DNA of 64,000 bases, from assembly GCF_006345805.1 (NCBI RefSeq), contig NC_043020.1, positions 30,752,001 through 30,816,000 of the forward strand. Reading direction: 5' to 3'. Positions within the stretch are counted from its first letter, which is position 1. Every line of letters starts with the position of its first letter. Of the stretch, positions 14,600 to 28,043 are shown piece by piece. The notes under the pieces are model-generated. The model saw nothing but the letters and a program-made list of their open reading frames with translations, was not told where the DNA came from and did not search any database. The stretch is from Octopus sinensis (taxonomy: Eukaryota). Both the position numbers and the translations under genes were made by a program.

Positions 14600-15490
14600 T
14601 GGAGGAGGAGGAGGAGTGGGTGATTAAATTGATCCCAGTACTGGGTTCATTAATTTTATCAACCCTTGAGGGATGAAAGGCAAAGTTAAACTCAAAAAGA
14701 TTTGAACACAGAACATAAACAACTGACAAATGCCACAAACGCTCTGATTTTTGTAATTCCCAAGTTTTAATCCTTTCTACAAGGGGCAGAAAGCAGTTAC
14801 ATCAGCCCCAGCACTCAACTGGAACTCATTTTACTTGACTCTGGAACGTTGAAAGACAAAGTGGACCCCAGCAGCATTTGAACTCAGAAAGTAAAGCCAG
14901 AAATGCCGCTAACCATTTGGTCCAACTCACCAATCAGCTTGCCACTTTAAAATAGTCCCCATTTCAACACAAAGAGGAATTTCAATCTACAGAACACTAG
15001 GTTATGGGCCCGGCACGTTTCCACTGCACCATTTTGCTCACATTCATTAATAATAATAATAATAGCTGCTTCTAATTTATGCACCAAACCCGAAATTTTA
15101 GAGGAGGTTACCTAATTCATCCACCTCAAAAGGATGAAAGGTGAAGTTGGCTGTGGCAGGATTTGAACCCAGAACGAATACTATCCCAATAATAATGATT
15201 TCAAATTTTGACACAAGGCCAGTAATTTTAGTGGGGGTGGGGTCTTTTACATCAATCCCAGAGCTTGACCATTACTTTATTCTACTGACCCCAGCAAGAT
15301 GAAAAGCTAAGTTGACCTCAGAACTCTAATAATGTTTTCTAATATAGCATCAACTACAGTACTTTACTTAATCACCCCTGGAAGTGTGAAATTTGACCTC
15401 AACAGGATTTTGAACCCAGAATATAAAAGAGCTGCAAAATTGCAACGCAATTTTTCCACTGCTCCAAAAATTCTGCAACCCTACCGAAGG
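14600..15490 (-). mobile_element. Cluster of decayed SINE family B fragments
   Basis: Repeated GGATGAAAGGCAAAGTTGACCTC...GATTTGAAC motif, the reverse complement of the intact copies at 59670 and 60348. Confidence 0.7.
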
Positions 15491-16129
15491 GAGGTAACTC
15501 CACTATTTCGTAATATAAATTTTTCTCTCTCCTTTATTTTATGCAACTCACTATTCTGCCAACTCGCCACCGTTAAGCAACACAATCCTTAATACGGAAC
15601 CCTAAGAGACAACTGTGTCTTGAATTTCGAATTTCAGAACAAAAACCAGCGGCCCTAGATTGTAAACTAAACGTCAAAATAGACGTCCTACTATCAAAGC
15701 AAAAGCAGGTGCATATGAACTCACAACCAGTGAGAAAAAAAGATTACAAATATTATTACAGTTCATTTATAGAGTAAATATCCTGGTAAATGAAACAGTG
15801 AGATAATTAAAATTACAAATAACAAAATACATACAATGGGATAATTTAAAACAAAAATACACAAACCAGAAGTACAGGTACAAACATTACCATGATATTT
15901 CTGTAGGGAGACGCAGAAGTCTTCACACTAATTTGAATAGTAAGAAACACTACAAATTCTATTACAGTGCTTTTATATGCAAGAACCATAAATTGGTTGA
16001 AACTAGGATAAATATGTAGCTGCAATTCAGTTGTGGGACAGTCTTCGTCAATGTCACCAACGTTATATTCAGGTTGCAGGCAAACTTACAATGATGGACC
16101 AATAACAGGATTCTCAAATGATGAAGTAG

Positions 16130-17700
16130 CAGCAAGAGAGAGAGATCATTTTGAAAGACTTTTTCAACTGCTATCTGTCTCATTAGCATAGGTTTCTGTT
16201 AAGGCAATGTCTCTTTAATTGAATAAATTCCCATAATTTGTAGCTCACTTCAAGGCCAGCTATTAATTGCAAATTTTCTCCATATCATCGAAAGCAATGT
16301 TTTTCCGCCCGTGTTCTCCATCACTATTATCTTCATTCTTATCTATTTTTAACATCAACTCAGCAATTTCCCCATCACTCAAGGAATGCACAAGGTCATC
16401 ATTATCAATGTCCGCTTCTTCTAGATCACTTACACTTCTGCATGATAAACTTTTAGCGTAAGTTACGAGTTTTGATATCTTCTCATTAGTGACATGAAAT
16501 CCTCCAAACTCGTTACCTATCAGGTCATTTTCATCAAACATCGATGTTGGCCAAATTCTGTGCCAAGCATTTCTTACTGTTTATTTGTCAACGTCATTCC
16601 AAGCATTCACAGCTGCGTAGATGGCATCTTTTGTTGACTGCATCAAGCACACAACTTGTAAAATTATTTCCATCGTTGCTCTTCTTGGAACGTAAAATTC
16701 CTTGATCACAACGCTGTCAAACAGATGTCACATTGGGAGGCAAGTAAATTCCAAAAACACTTTCTACAAGAAGTTTGATGGGAGGATGTGCAGAGCAGTT
16801 GTCCAGGAACAATAGAATTTTACAGTTTTCTTCGAATTCAGCCAAAAGCTCATGCTACTCGTACAAAATGGTTATTGAACCAGTTAGAAAATATTTCTTG
16901 GGTTACCCATGTTTTCTTGTTTGCATAATAATGCACAGGTAAATTAACTACACCTTTCAAACATCTCGGACATTGGCTTTTTTCAATGACTGCCAACTTC
17001 ATCATGTGTACCTGCGGCATTAACACATCCAAGAATAGTTAACCTTTCCTCAGCATCCTTAAAACCTGTTGGTACTGTCTCATCAACTGTTGTTAAGGTT
17101 TTTCTTGGAACATAGCATCAGTGTTGTCAGATGTGATCTTGGCAAATCCATCTGTGTAGTTTTCCGCAGCTTCATAATTAGCAGAAGCTTTTCAGATATT
17201 TTACACCATGATGCTTCTTAAATTTCGGCAGCCAGCCTTCTGAATATTGACAATCATCATCATCGTTTAACGTCCGTTTTTCATGCTAGCATGGGTTGGA
17301 CAATCTCCTTCAATATTCATTTCTTTATGACATTTTCTCACTTGTTTCATGACCAACAAACCATTCAGTAGCTTATGCTCCTTTCTTCGTAGTTGAATGC
17401 ATTGTCACCACACAGTCAAGATTTTCATTTTTCACCCCCATATAGTGTTTTCCTATTTTTCATTAGTTTGTGATTATCACTCTCACTATAAAGTTTCTGT
17501 AGTTCCAACACCATATTCTTCAGTGAGCTGCCATACAGACACACCATCATCAAATTCAATAGTAACTCCACTTTCAGCATTATTGATAATGATGTTTCCT
17601 TTTCTTTTCCTCGCTGCTATCTATTAGGGTATTTGCAGTTCTTTTTGACATTTTCAGGGTAAATTATATACAAAGTCACAAGAAACAACACGAAGACAGC
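16130..17700 (-). mobile_element. Decayed near full-length pogo/Tigger-type DNA transposon (HTH-psq, CENP-B HTH and DDE_1 remnants)
   Basis: Frameshifted fragments DGVSVWQLTEEYGVG, KLMKNRKTL, YSEGWLPKFKK, YVPRKTLTTVDET, LPVHYYANKKTWVTQEIFSNWFNNHFV, VHSLSDGEIAE and LMRQIAVEKVF occur in the order expected for a Tigger transposase. Confidence 0.88.
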
Positions 17701-18333
17701 AAACAGCAAATGTCATCTTCTCTTTGCAAGAACTGAGCTAAGCATTGCCATGTCAGGCCACGCAGATCAGTTGTTTGTACACCAAACGACTCTGTTATGA
17801 CACGCTCCACCCTCAACAAAAAGAAGTTCAGTTTTGGGGGTTTTTTTGATTTTAGATTTCCAGAGAATAAAGGATTGTGTACATGTATAACCCTTCAAGG
17901 CCTGAAATTTGGCAAGAGGAAGCAAGATGAATAGATTGACACTAGTGCTCACCCTTGGTATTTATTTTATCAACCCTGAAAGGCAAAGTCCAACCCCAGC
18001 AGAATTTGAACCTCAAACGTGAAGACAGACGAAATTTTGCATCAGTTTTGTAATTGAAGCGCAAGGCCAGCAACTTTGATGAGACGGGTTTCAGTTGATT
18101 ACACTGACCTCAGGATTTGGCTGATATTCTATTGCATCCATCCCAGCTGACCTCGACAGGATTTGAACTGAGAAAAAAGAGAGTTGAAAGAAATGCAGTA
18201 TGGCATTTTCCCAGTTCTGTAAGCATTCTGCCAGCTGGCCAATAGAAGCAGTCAATTTTCTGTTGAGTATTCAGAATGATGAAAGACAAGATTCTGTGAA
18301 ACCAAGCCAACTCAAGATAGACAGCAATAATAT

Positions 18334-18350
18334 TCAGCCAGCCATGTAGT
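18334..18350 (-). CDS. CEP126: Candidate last coding exon of CEP126-like gene (DYMAG*)
   Basis: Acceptor TTTATTTCTCTTTTAAG about 108 nt after the previous donor; phase 1 fits; stop TGA. Alternative distal exons cannot be excluded. Confidence 0.4.
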
Positions 18351-18458
18351 CTTAAAAGAGAAATAAACCATTCTGACCGTGGTTGAGGAATTGGGATAAA
18401 TTAATTTCATTGTTCTGTGAACTCGACTAAATTATAAACAATGTCAAAAATATCTTAC

Positions 18459-18530
18459 CTTTTAGTTTGTTGTTAATCCTTTCAAGGGATTCCATAAGTC
18501 GTTGTTCTTCGAGAGATATTATTGTTGGAC
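18459..18530 (-). CDS. CEP126: CEP126-like exon 9 (GPTIISLEEQRLMESLERINNKLK)
   Basis: AG/GTAAG boundaries, phase 1-1; resembles the recalled CEP126 C-terminal motif TLSAEEQKILESLNDLSERL. Confidence 0.88.
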
Positions 18531-19579
18531 CTATAACAAAAAAAAATAATTTTTATCTATTCACATATTTACAAGAGCCAACCTCTGCATAGTCCTTCAA
18601 CCTGCTAGAAATAGCAGCCAACTTACATATGTTGGTTTATGGTGGGCACATGGGAGTGCTCAATACATGTAGAGGCTGGTTTTTTTTTTGAAACTGGAAC
18701 TCGATTTGTGAGACAAATTTTCAGCTTCATTTTCAATATATAAATACTCACACAATGCTAATGAAAGCAACTAAAATAAGCTTAAACTTCAAAGTAACTC
18801 AACCTTTTTCTTATGAAAATCAAAATGATAAGATAATGTATTGAGAAGTATTCAGTGATCCTTCAATTGATTTTGGACTATTTTTATGCATAAAAGTCTC
18901 TCCCCCTCCCCCTGTGTGTGTGTGTGTGTGTGTGTACATGTGTATGTCTTCCAACAAACTATTTCCATTTCTATTCTTTCCTGCCGCTCTGCTTTGCCTA
19001 TGTCTCCCCCATCATAAAACAGCAACATCTCACACATGAAAACGGTATCTGAATATTCCTTCAAGCTTCATAATGCCAATGCTTGCCCCCCCCCCCCCAG
19101 TTTTTGCGATGGTAAGCAGAGGAGAGATAAATTTCCCTGGGATATGTTGATAGTCCTTGTGCCCTTTACATATGTAAAGGGCAAATCAAATATGGAAATA
19201 TTTTCAGATGGAACCACATCGACGTAGGAATAAAGACTTAGGGAAATGGTGGTGGTGGTGGTGTTCATGGGAACGCTGCTATTGATGCAGAGGTGGTGGT
19301 ACTATGTTGATGTACTAATGATGATAGCAGTAGTAATAATAGTGGCGTCGGTGATGGTGGTGGCAATTGTAGTGGTTGTTGTTTATCTCAAAGTCAGTGC
19401 TGATCAAAGGCAATCCAGTTGTGACCTCACTACCTGTTTATAGATGTTTACATTATCCATTGTGATGTGTCTTTTCTCATAAGCAGCAAAGGGTCATGTA
19501 GTGTTGGTCTTTGGCCCAAGAACAACAACCCTCTATGATCAAAGGCATTCCAGCCTTGACCATTCTGTCTTTATCATCA

Positions 19580-20260
19580 TCATCATTGTCAGTTAAACTC
19601 TAAACTCCATGCTGGTATGGGCTGCACGATTTGACCAGAGCTGCTCAGGCTCCATTTGTCTGCTCTGGCATGGTTTCCATGGCTGGACGAGGCCCTTCCT
19701 AATGCCAACCACTTTACAGAGTGTGGATTGGGTGCTTTAAACGTGGCACCAGCATGGACGTTTTTATGTGGCACTGGCATGAGCGCTTTTACATGACACC
19801 TGCGCCACCCTAGATGCTTTTATGTGACACCAACACTCATGAACCTGAAAGACTAGGATCTCTGAGCTAATAGAGGGATGTAGAGGACATGCCTGTATGC
19901 CTGGACAGCTATGACTTTACATAGCTTGACGTGTCTTCTCAAGCACAGCAAACCACTTTGTCCCTTGTCATCCCCTCTGTGAGGCCCAACTTCTGAAGAT
20001 TCTTGCTCACCATTTCATTCCAAGTCTTCCTAAGTCTACCCACTTCTACATGTTTCCTCCACAATTAGAGATCAGCACTTCTTGATGCAGCTGCTCTCAT
20101 CTGTATGCATCATATGACCATACCAGCAGCCTTCACTTTTGCACACTACACCTGATGCCACCTGTACCCAATTCTTCCCACAAATCACTCTCTTTTGTGC
20201 ACTCACAAGGATTGGTCATCTTGGAGCCCAAGGTGACACACACAATGGAACTGAATCCAA
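19580..20260 (-). mobile_element. RTE LINE 3' fragment
   Basis: Reverse complement of the RTE C-terminus and 3'UTR/tail seen elsewhere in the window. Confidence 0.75.
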
Positions 20261-20840
20261 AAGCAGGAGGCTGCAAAGTGAACTTCAGAACTACACAGCC
20301 ATGCCTGGGCCTACAGCTTCAGAATCACATGGTGAACGGAACAGGAAAATGCCTAGAAACCCTGATTTCGTCCTTCCTTCTGGTTTAAACATTGCCGAGT
20401 TGTTCTTCTTAGAGGTTATTATTGTTGTTGTTTCTATGTGAAAGCAGTGAAGGCACATAGCTAATGGTTGAGGCATTCGGCTCACAATCAAAGATCAGGA
20501 GTTCAATTCCCGGGAACATGTTGTATCCTTGAGCAAGACACTTTACTTCACTCAGCTGCCAAAAATGAATTATACCTGTAATTGAAAGGGTCAGCCTTGT
20601 CACATTCTGTGTTGATACTGAATCTCCCTGAGAACTAGCTTAAGGGTACAAGTGTCTGTGAAGTGCTCAGTCACATGAGCAAGCTGACTGTTGAGAGTTG
20701 ATCAAATCAGCTGGAACCCTCGTTGTCATTAGCAACGACGACAGAGTGCCGTGTGTACAAAGCCATTTACAGATGATTTCTACTACAAGAGAAAGAGGGG
20801 GAGAAGGCAGAGGAGGGGGAGAGAGACGTGTGAAAGTTAC

Positions 20841-20981
20841 CTTTAAGGTGCAGCTGTCTTCTGTTAAACACCTGCTGCTCCACAGCAGCATGGTTCATTG
20901 CAACCATCATTTGCTTGTCTGTCACGTTGAGTAGCTTGGAGTAGTCTTCTGCCGTCAGAAATGCAGCCAGGCTTTCACTGA
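20841..20981 (-). CDS. CEP126: CEP126-like exon 8 (VSESLAAFLTAEDYSKLLNVTDKQMMVAMN...QLHLK)
   Basis: Acceptor after a (CT)n tract, donor GTAACT, phase 1-1; resembles recalled CEP126 VSDSTSEFLMAENL...EDEILTVLN. Confidence 0.88.
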
Positions 20982-21002
20982 CTGAAATTGGGTTAGAAAG
21001 GC

Positions 21003-21033
<31 letters not shown>

Positions 21034-21645
21034 CTGGTGGTGGTGGTGGTGTAGCTGGTAGTGGTAATGGCAGTGGTGGTGGTGTAGGCTGTGAAGATGA
21101 TGTACAAGGTGAGGATGGTTGTGGCTGTTAGTGTTCTCTCTTGTTATTGTTGTTGTTGCTTTTTGTCGGTGGTGGTGGGAGGATGAAGGAGTAGGGAAGG
21201 TACAAACGGTGGTGGTGTAGGTGTTAATGCTGGTTGGTGGGTGGTAATGGTATGAGGGAGTAGTGGTGGTATGCGAGGATAAGGAGGAGGGTGATGATAG
21301 TAATAATGTTGGTGGCAGGACGACAGAAGGCAGCCAACTGTTGCACATGGTGGTGATGGCAAAAAAAATATATATTTCTGCTGCAAATCTTTACCAATCT
21401 TCAGCAAAAGCAACAATATCAATAACAAAATATTACATTATTGATTATTAATTTCCCATCATATATTTTATCACCTATAAATCAATAGAATAATTCACAT
21501 AATTATAACTAAAGAATTTTTTTTTTATATATATATCAGAAAAACTTTTTCGATGTCTGCTGAATGCTTAGAAGTGTAGAGTATTTTTCTATTTTCTAAT
21601 TGAAACAAAAAAAGAAATTTCAGGAAAAAAGTCACTTAACCTTTT

Positions 21646-21998
21646 AACATTTAAACTGTGTCCAGCCGAAATATTCTGCTTATTTTATATTCAACCTGGC
21701 TGGATCTGGCCTCTCGGACCCTCCCTGCTATAATGTCATTCTAAAACTAAACAATCACAAATAACAAAATCTTGAAACTACAACAAGTTAGAGCAAGATT
21801 AATTCAAAAATATTGTTTTGACAAGAACAGATGGGTCAGTGGGTTCTGTGGCTGGATACAGGGTACTGGGTGCTTTTTATGTGGCACCAGCACCCGTGAG
21901 GTCACCAAGTACCTGCAAGAGCCCTAAAATGAACAATAAGAAATCAGGATAGAGAGGAGCAGATGTCCTGCCAAAGAGTCATCTGAAAGCTAAAGGGT
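21646..21998. mobile_element. Second piggyBac-like MITE copy, interrupted by a minus-strand RTE 3'UTR piece
   Basis: Begins TTAA-CCTTTTAACATTTAAAC and ends GAAAGCTAAAGGG; homologous to 870-1517. Confidence 0.5.
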
Positions 21999-22391
21999 GT
22001 TGACCTGTCACCACCTTCAAAATATGTGACCCCTATTGCATTATTTCAACAACTTAGGGATACAAAACAGAGACCTGCAATTTGGAATACACATACCTTC
22101 CCTTTTACATAAACATTAAGTTATGGTTTTGAGGCTTAGGCCTTTTTTTGTTTTAGAGAATCTGTTTTGATTTTCAATGTGGCCAAAATTTCAACTGCAG
22201 TTGAGGGTTTCCCCAACCTTTGGTATAAAACAGTCATAAGCAAACTGCAGCCCTGGGTACATTCTGAATGGTACACCCAACAAAAAATTGCCTTACACCT
22301 TTTTCAGTAGAGCAGCTTGCCAGATAATTAGGCATGTCTCATGCTGCCTGCTTCTCAAAAAAAAGCTGCCATTAATGATGTAGAAACTCAC

Positions 22392-22508
22392 CCACTGATT
22401 CAGGGATGATGATGATGATGGGCCTACTCATGAATATGACACTAGTGTTCATGCTAATGGTGGTGATGAAGATCTGGTTATAATCCTTAAAGGACTGAAT
22501 GTTAATTT
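22392..22508 (-). CDS. Candidate 117-nt symmetric cassette exon of CEP126-like gene
   Basis: Acceptor AACCTTTCAG, perfect donor GTGAGT, phase 1-1 and open frame; no homology support. Confidence 0.35.
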
Positions 22509-23116
22509 CTGAAAGGTTATTGCATGTGGGATTGCACGGTGCCCTAATCCAATGCACTTATTACATGTTTGCCCTACACTCACCACATGTTAATGCAGTG
22601 CACAAGTCCAATGATGTTTTCAAACTGACAAATATCCATCTCCAATGGCTTACACATCCTCATTCTGAAACCCCACCAAAATCTGTACATTTTTAGGCTC
22701 TCCCTTCCCCCCACACCACACCTCAATAGAATTTCTTTCAATATAATTCTTCATTCATTATGATCTTGGACAAGTTTAAAAGTCAGAAGTATAACATTCA
22801 CTAACTACCGCCTGCCTATGTCCTATCAACAACCATCACTGGACCCCACTTTCCAACAGCATATGCTACATCACTTTCATCTGGTTCCGTGCCTACTTAC
22901 AGCCAGGTGGGCTCAGGCTGAGCACTAGGTATAAACCAGTGCTATACCCTCTCCAGTACAGAGCAACCCCTGCCCTCCTTCATCTTTCACTCTCCTCCCT
23001 CACATTGGAATGAAAACCAGCCAATTTTTTTTCTGGCAGGATTTGGACTTGAAAATAAAAGAGAAATAATTCAGGAGTGGAAATTGCTGGCAAAAGAGAA
23101 GAAATATCAAACTCAC

Positions 23117-24019
23117 CATTTGTGCGAACACTGGGCACGGGCTTCACTCTGTTTCCTACATTACTCTTCTCTGTCTTGCTCAATGAACCATCATAATAAC
23201 AATGCCTGCTGTCATTATCACTAATATTATTATTATCATTATTATCATTATTATAATTATTATTGTTGTTGTTGTTGTTGTTATTGTGAGTGGCATAGGA
23301 GTGCTGTTTGGCTTTCTGTTGTAGAAAGGTAAGTCGTCTCAGGTAGCTGTCAGATTTCTCCATGTAGTTGAAATTGTCGAAACCATTCTGATGCACAACA
23401 CTCAAGTTATTGCTCCAGCCGGGCGTTTTGCAGGTGACCAATCGACCGTTAAAGTGAACGGGCTGTGAGTTTGCAGTTAACTGTTGTTTATATTGCAACT
23501 GTTGTTGTTGCTGTTGCTGCTGCTGGTATTTTACATGTAGTTGTTGCTGGGGATGGTGAGGATGGTGTCTTTGGTGGTGTAAAGAATTCTGTTTGAAACA
23601 GGATTTCACTTTCTGCCACACCAAATTGATATCTTCATCTGTGGGTGTCTTGTCTACATGGATACCTACGGGTGGCTTTGATGACACCTCACCAGCAGAT
23701 GTCAGTTTTCTCCTCTCACCCAAGTTTGAAGCAGGCTTCTTGTTCCCACTCTGGTTTGAAATGTTTGACAATGCCGGACTGTTGGCTGCAAGCAGGATCT
23801 GAGAACTGAACATATTCTTCAGCTTCCCCATGGTGATGTGTTGTAGACCAGGTTTCTTCTCTGCAGGCTTCCCACTGGTCATAGTCTCGTTACAGGTGTT
23901 CGTTGATGTCTGCTGGCCATCATTATCAACAGCAGACTGTGTTATAATAAAAGCTTTTGCCGAAGGCCGACCTCCATATTGGTTTTCTTGATTCTCATTT
24001 ACGATTCCACTCTTTTCAC
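23117..24019 (-). CDS. CEP126: CEP126-like exon 7 (903 nt; RPSAKAF, TPTDEDINLVWQKVKSCF, polyQ and polyN tracts)
   Basis: Acceptor TTGTTTTTGCAG, donor GTGAGT; open frame includes ORF 22980-23882; phase 1-1. Confidence 0.88.
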
Positions 24020-24589
24020 CTGCAAAAACAACAAAGCATTACGGGTGAAACGAGTAAAAGACTAAAAAATGTAATCCATTCTTCTCAAGGCCCAAAAGTT
24101 TGGAGGCAGTGGGGGTTAGTTGATTACATTGACTCCAGTAGTCCTGGCACTTATTTTATCAACCCCAAAAGGGTGAAAGGCAAAATTGACCTCAGCAGAA
24201 TTTGAATTCAGAATGTAAAGCTATAAAAAAACGTTACTAAGCATTTTGGCCGGCCTGCTGACCATTCTGCTAGTTCACCAACCTCATGAAATGAAATAAC
24301 AATAATAATACCTAAAATAGAAGACAGGGCTAGAGGAGGGGGGGCGGGGGCGGATCAAGTATACTGACCTCCAGTACTTAACTGAGATCAATGAAATCTT
24401 TATATTATTGCAGATGCAGACATGGCTGTGTGGTTAAACAGCTTGCTTTCCTACCATGTGGCTTCAGGTTCAGTCCCACTGCATGGTATCTTGATGAAGT
24501 GTCTTCTACTACAAACCTAGGAAAGCCTTTTGAGTGCAACTGGTTGACAGAAAGGAGCCCATCATATATATACACACACACACATATAT

Positions 24590-24990
24590 ATGACTGGCAT
24601 CCGTGCTAGTGGAGTGCTAAGAGCACCATCTGAGCGTGATCGTTGCCAGAGCAGCTGACTGGCTTCCGTGCAGGTGGCACGTAAAAAACACCATTTGAGT
24701 GTGATCGTTACTAGCATCACCTTACTGGCACTTGTGTTGGTGGCATGTGAAAAAATATTTGAGTGAGGTCGTTGCCAGTACCGCCTGACTGGCCCCCCGA
24801 TGCTGGTGGCATGTAAAAGCACCCACTACACTCATGGAGTGGCTGGCATTAGGAAGGGCATCCAGCTGTAGAAACTTTGCCAGATCAGATTGGAGCCTGA
24901 TGTAGCCATCTGGTTTGCCAGTCCTTAGTCAAATGATCCAACCCATGCCTGCATGGAAAGTGGACGTTAAACGATGATGATGATGATATA
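24590..24990 (+). mobile_element. RTE LINE 3'UTR with tandem sub-repeats and (GAT)n tail
   Basis: Repeated GGCA(C/T)GTAAAAA.CACC units followed by the conserved terminal segment. Confidence 0.75.
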
Positions 24991-25054
24991 TATATATATG
25001 AAACCCATACCAACATAGAAGACTGATGTTAAATTACAATGATGACAATGATTA

Positions 25055-25085
<31 letters not shown>

Positions 25086-27144
25086 CTGTGTGTGTGTGCG
25101 CGCACGCCACTTTAACTTGACATCATTATGGGATAATTGTAAATGAGTGTCACTGTCAGAGAAGTGATGTCATTTGTCTCCAATCTTCTGCGCAAACCTA
25201 CCTGGCCAAGGGAAAATATCACACTGTTTAAAAACAAGTGAAGGTTGGTGACTGGAAGGGCATCCAGTTGTAGAAAATCTGCTTCAATTTATTCTGTGTA
25301 ACCCTGGAAAATTGGGTGCTAAAACAACGATGATAATGAGACACTACAGAGCCCTTTTTGGGATTCTCTGACAATGTGGAGAAGGGGACTATTCAGTGAC
25401 ACTGACCCCACTGCTCAAATGATAATTTCACTGACCCCAAAAGAAAGGCAAAGTCAACCTCAGTGGGATTTGAACTTAGAATGGAAAGAACTGGAAGAAA
25501 TGCTGGAAAGCATTTTGCTTTGACATGCTAATGATTCTGCCTTCCAATGAATAATAACTAAAAGCAGAATTATTATACAAGTTTGTTCAATATCATTTTC
25601 AAAGGTGGAAAGCTGGCACAACCGTTAGCATGACAGGAACAATGCTTGGCAGTATTTTGTCCATCTTTATGTTCTGAGCTCAAATTAAACAGAAGTTAAC
25701 TTCTACCTTTCATCCTTCCAGGGTTGATAAAATAAGTACCAGTTGAACACTGGGGGCATCAATGTAATCAACTTATCCCATCCCACAGACTTGCTGTCCT
25801 TCTGCCAAAATTTGAGACCAAAATTATTTTCATAGGTTTAAAATTTTTTGAATTGGCAGAATGATCTTCTGACTTCATAATTGGGCAAAAACTGGGGAAA
25901 AAATTAAGTGAGAAAGCTCCACTGGCTGTATAAGGTTAGTGTGGATGAATGACGAAAGCAGAAAGGAACTGAGGAGAAAAGTGGATATCAGCAGAAATGT
26001 GTGTAGTGTGCAAGAAATACAACCATGTTTGTATGGACATGCAATCCATTAACATCCATTTTGCCATACTTGTATGGGCGAGATGAGAGTTGTTGAAAGA
26101 GATTCTCTAAAGTTGGATGCCGTTCTTGTTGCCAACTCTCACCTGTTTCTAAACCAGGTAATATTCCCTCACCCCAGGGCCAGACGTGCTTTCACATGAA
26201 AGATTGGAAACAACCATGTCTGTATGACACTGATGCTCGTTCACAAATCTCATTTGATATCAAGAAAAGGATGAACACACACACACACACAACAGGCTTC
26301 TTCCCGTTTCCAACTACGAAACCCACTCAAGAGGCTTTGGTGGGCCTGGGTCTATACTTGCCAAAGATGCCATGCAGCGGGACAGGACCTGAAACCATGT
26401 GGCTGGAGAGCAAACTTCTTAGCCAGGCAGCCATGCCTACTTCTATAATGCTGACCGCTGGGTAGAGATCTAAGAGGAAGGAAAGCTTGGAAGAGGAAAA
26501 CTGAGGAAGACATGGCCAGAAGTAATGAAAGCTAATTTCGAGATGTTGAACCTCACAATAAATGGTCAGACATGATGTGGGAGTGGACCTGTCTAACCCA
26601 TACAAGCAGAGAAAAGCAAAGGTAATGATGCTAATGATGACAACATTGACAATGACAATGATGATGATGATGATGATGACAATGGTGGTGGCAATGAAAA
26701 TGACACTGATAATGATGATGACGAAATAGAAGCTTTATTTTTTTTGTAATGGAATCGAGGGTGGACAGTACTCATAATTGAGCGGGGACAGTACCCATGA
26801 CAATTTTCAAAAGTTCATCCCACTCAACATCTGACCCTATATCCCTGCAACAAGATGGATCCAACTAACAGCACCCCTGGTTTGGTGGTGGATTAAGTCA
26901 ATTGCAGTCTTCAAAACTGTCAGCATGTGTACATGGGTATGTTTGTGTGTCACACCACTTGACAATCAGCGTTGGTTTGTTTACAGTCTTGTCACTTAAC
27001 AGTTCAACAGAAAGAGACTGACAGAGTAAATACTAGGCTTAAAAATAAGCACAGGGGTTGATTTGATTGACCAAAACTTCTAAGGCTGTAGCCCCACCAT
27101 GGCCACAGTCCAACAAATAAAACAAGACTGTGTTAACATCCTAC

Positions 27145-27301
27145 CTTGATATGTACTGGAGGGGTCAGCCCTACACTTCAAGCCAGTGGCCAATGGTTTG
27201 TCCACTGCAAAACCTGCTATTTTGTCCTTAATGTTTGAAGCCAGCAACTGTTTCTCACACAGGATGTTCTCCATTGCAAAGTGAACGTGTTTCTTGGATG
27301 G
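27145..27301 (-). CDS. CEP126: CEP126-like exon 6 (PSKKHVHFAMENILCEKQLLASNIKDKIAG...STYQ)
   Basis: Acceptor TTGCTTATTGACAG, donor CAAG|GTAGGA; phase 0 to 1 bridges exons 5 and 7 exactly; KKHVHF sits where CEP126 has KKLRWF. Confidence 0.78.
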
Positions 27302-27888
27302 CTGTCAATAAGCAACAATTTTAAAACAGAATTTAATGCAAACAGAGTGGAAGACACAATAAAATAATTACAGTAAACGTGATTTTCACCACAACTTTTT
27401 TTGCATTTTTCAAACATGGCTTAGTGGTTAGGGAATTCGGCTTGTGATCGTACGGTCAGCAGTTTGATGTCCAGGGATGTGTTATATCCTTGAGCAAGAC
27501 ATTTTATTTCAATTTAAATCATGTTGCTCCAGTTCACTCAGTTGGCAAAAATGAGTAGCAGCTGTATTTCAGCAGGGGCCACCCTTGTCACCATTTTGTG
27601 TCACAATGAATCTTCTGTAGAACTACATTAAGGCTACACGAGTCTGTGGAGTGCTCAGCTACTTGATGCAAACTTCAGAAGCAGGCTGTTCCAGCAATCA
27701 GATCAACTGGAAAAATCACCATCATAACTGACAGAGTGCCAGTTTATATATATAATATATACATATATAAAATACAGAGATATATAAAATATGTAGTTGG
27801 AATTTTTAAAAATGCAAAGCAAAGGACAAAGACAGGTGTGTAAACAACAAACAGCTGTATTAGTTTAAAACGCAGGAAGTGAGAAAGT

Positions 27889-27924
27889 CTTTTACATTTC
27901 GAGCCTATGCTCTTCGACAAAAAG
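27889..27924 (-). ncRNA. Degenerate minimal hammerhead-ribozyme-like motif in a PLE-type repeat
   Basis: CTTT-[T]TGTCGAA-GAGC(ATAG)GCTC-GAAA-TG-TA-AAAG: stem I CTTT/AAAG and stem II 4 bp; the core deviates (C3U, A6U). Confidence 0.4.
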
Positions 27925-28043
27925 GAACACAGAAATAAGCAGAGAGAGAGAAAATAAAATAAAATAAAATAAAATAATATATATATATATATTAATAGAG
28001 GAATTTATCTGTAATATAATATGTGACAATTATTTGGTTACCA

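Noticed and set aside
20995-21430. His/Thr/Pro-rich ORF extensions upstream of exon 8
   Set aside because: (CAC/CAT/CAA)n and (CT)n simple repeats; the (CT)n tract is the exon 8 polypyrimidine tract, so this is intronic.
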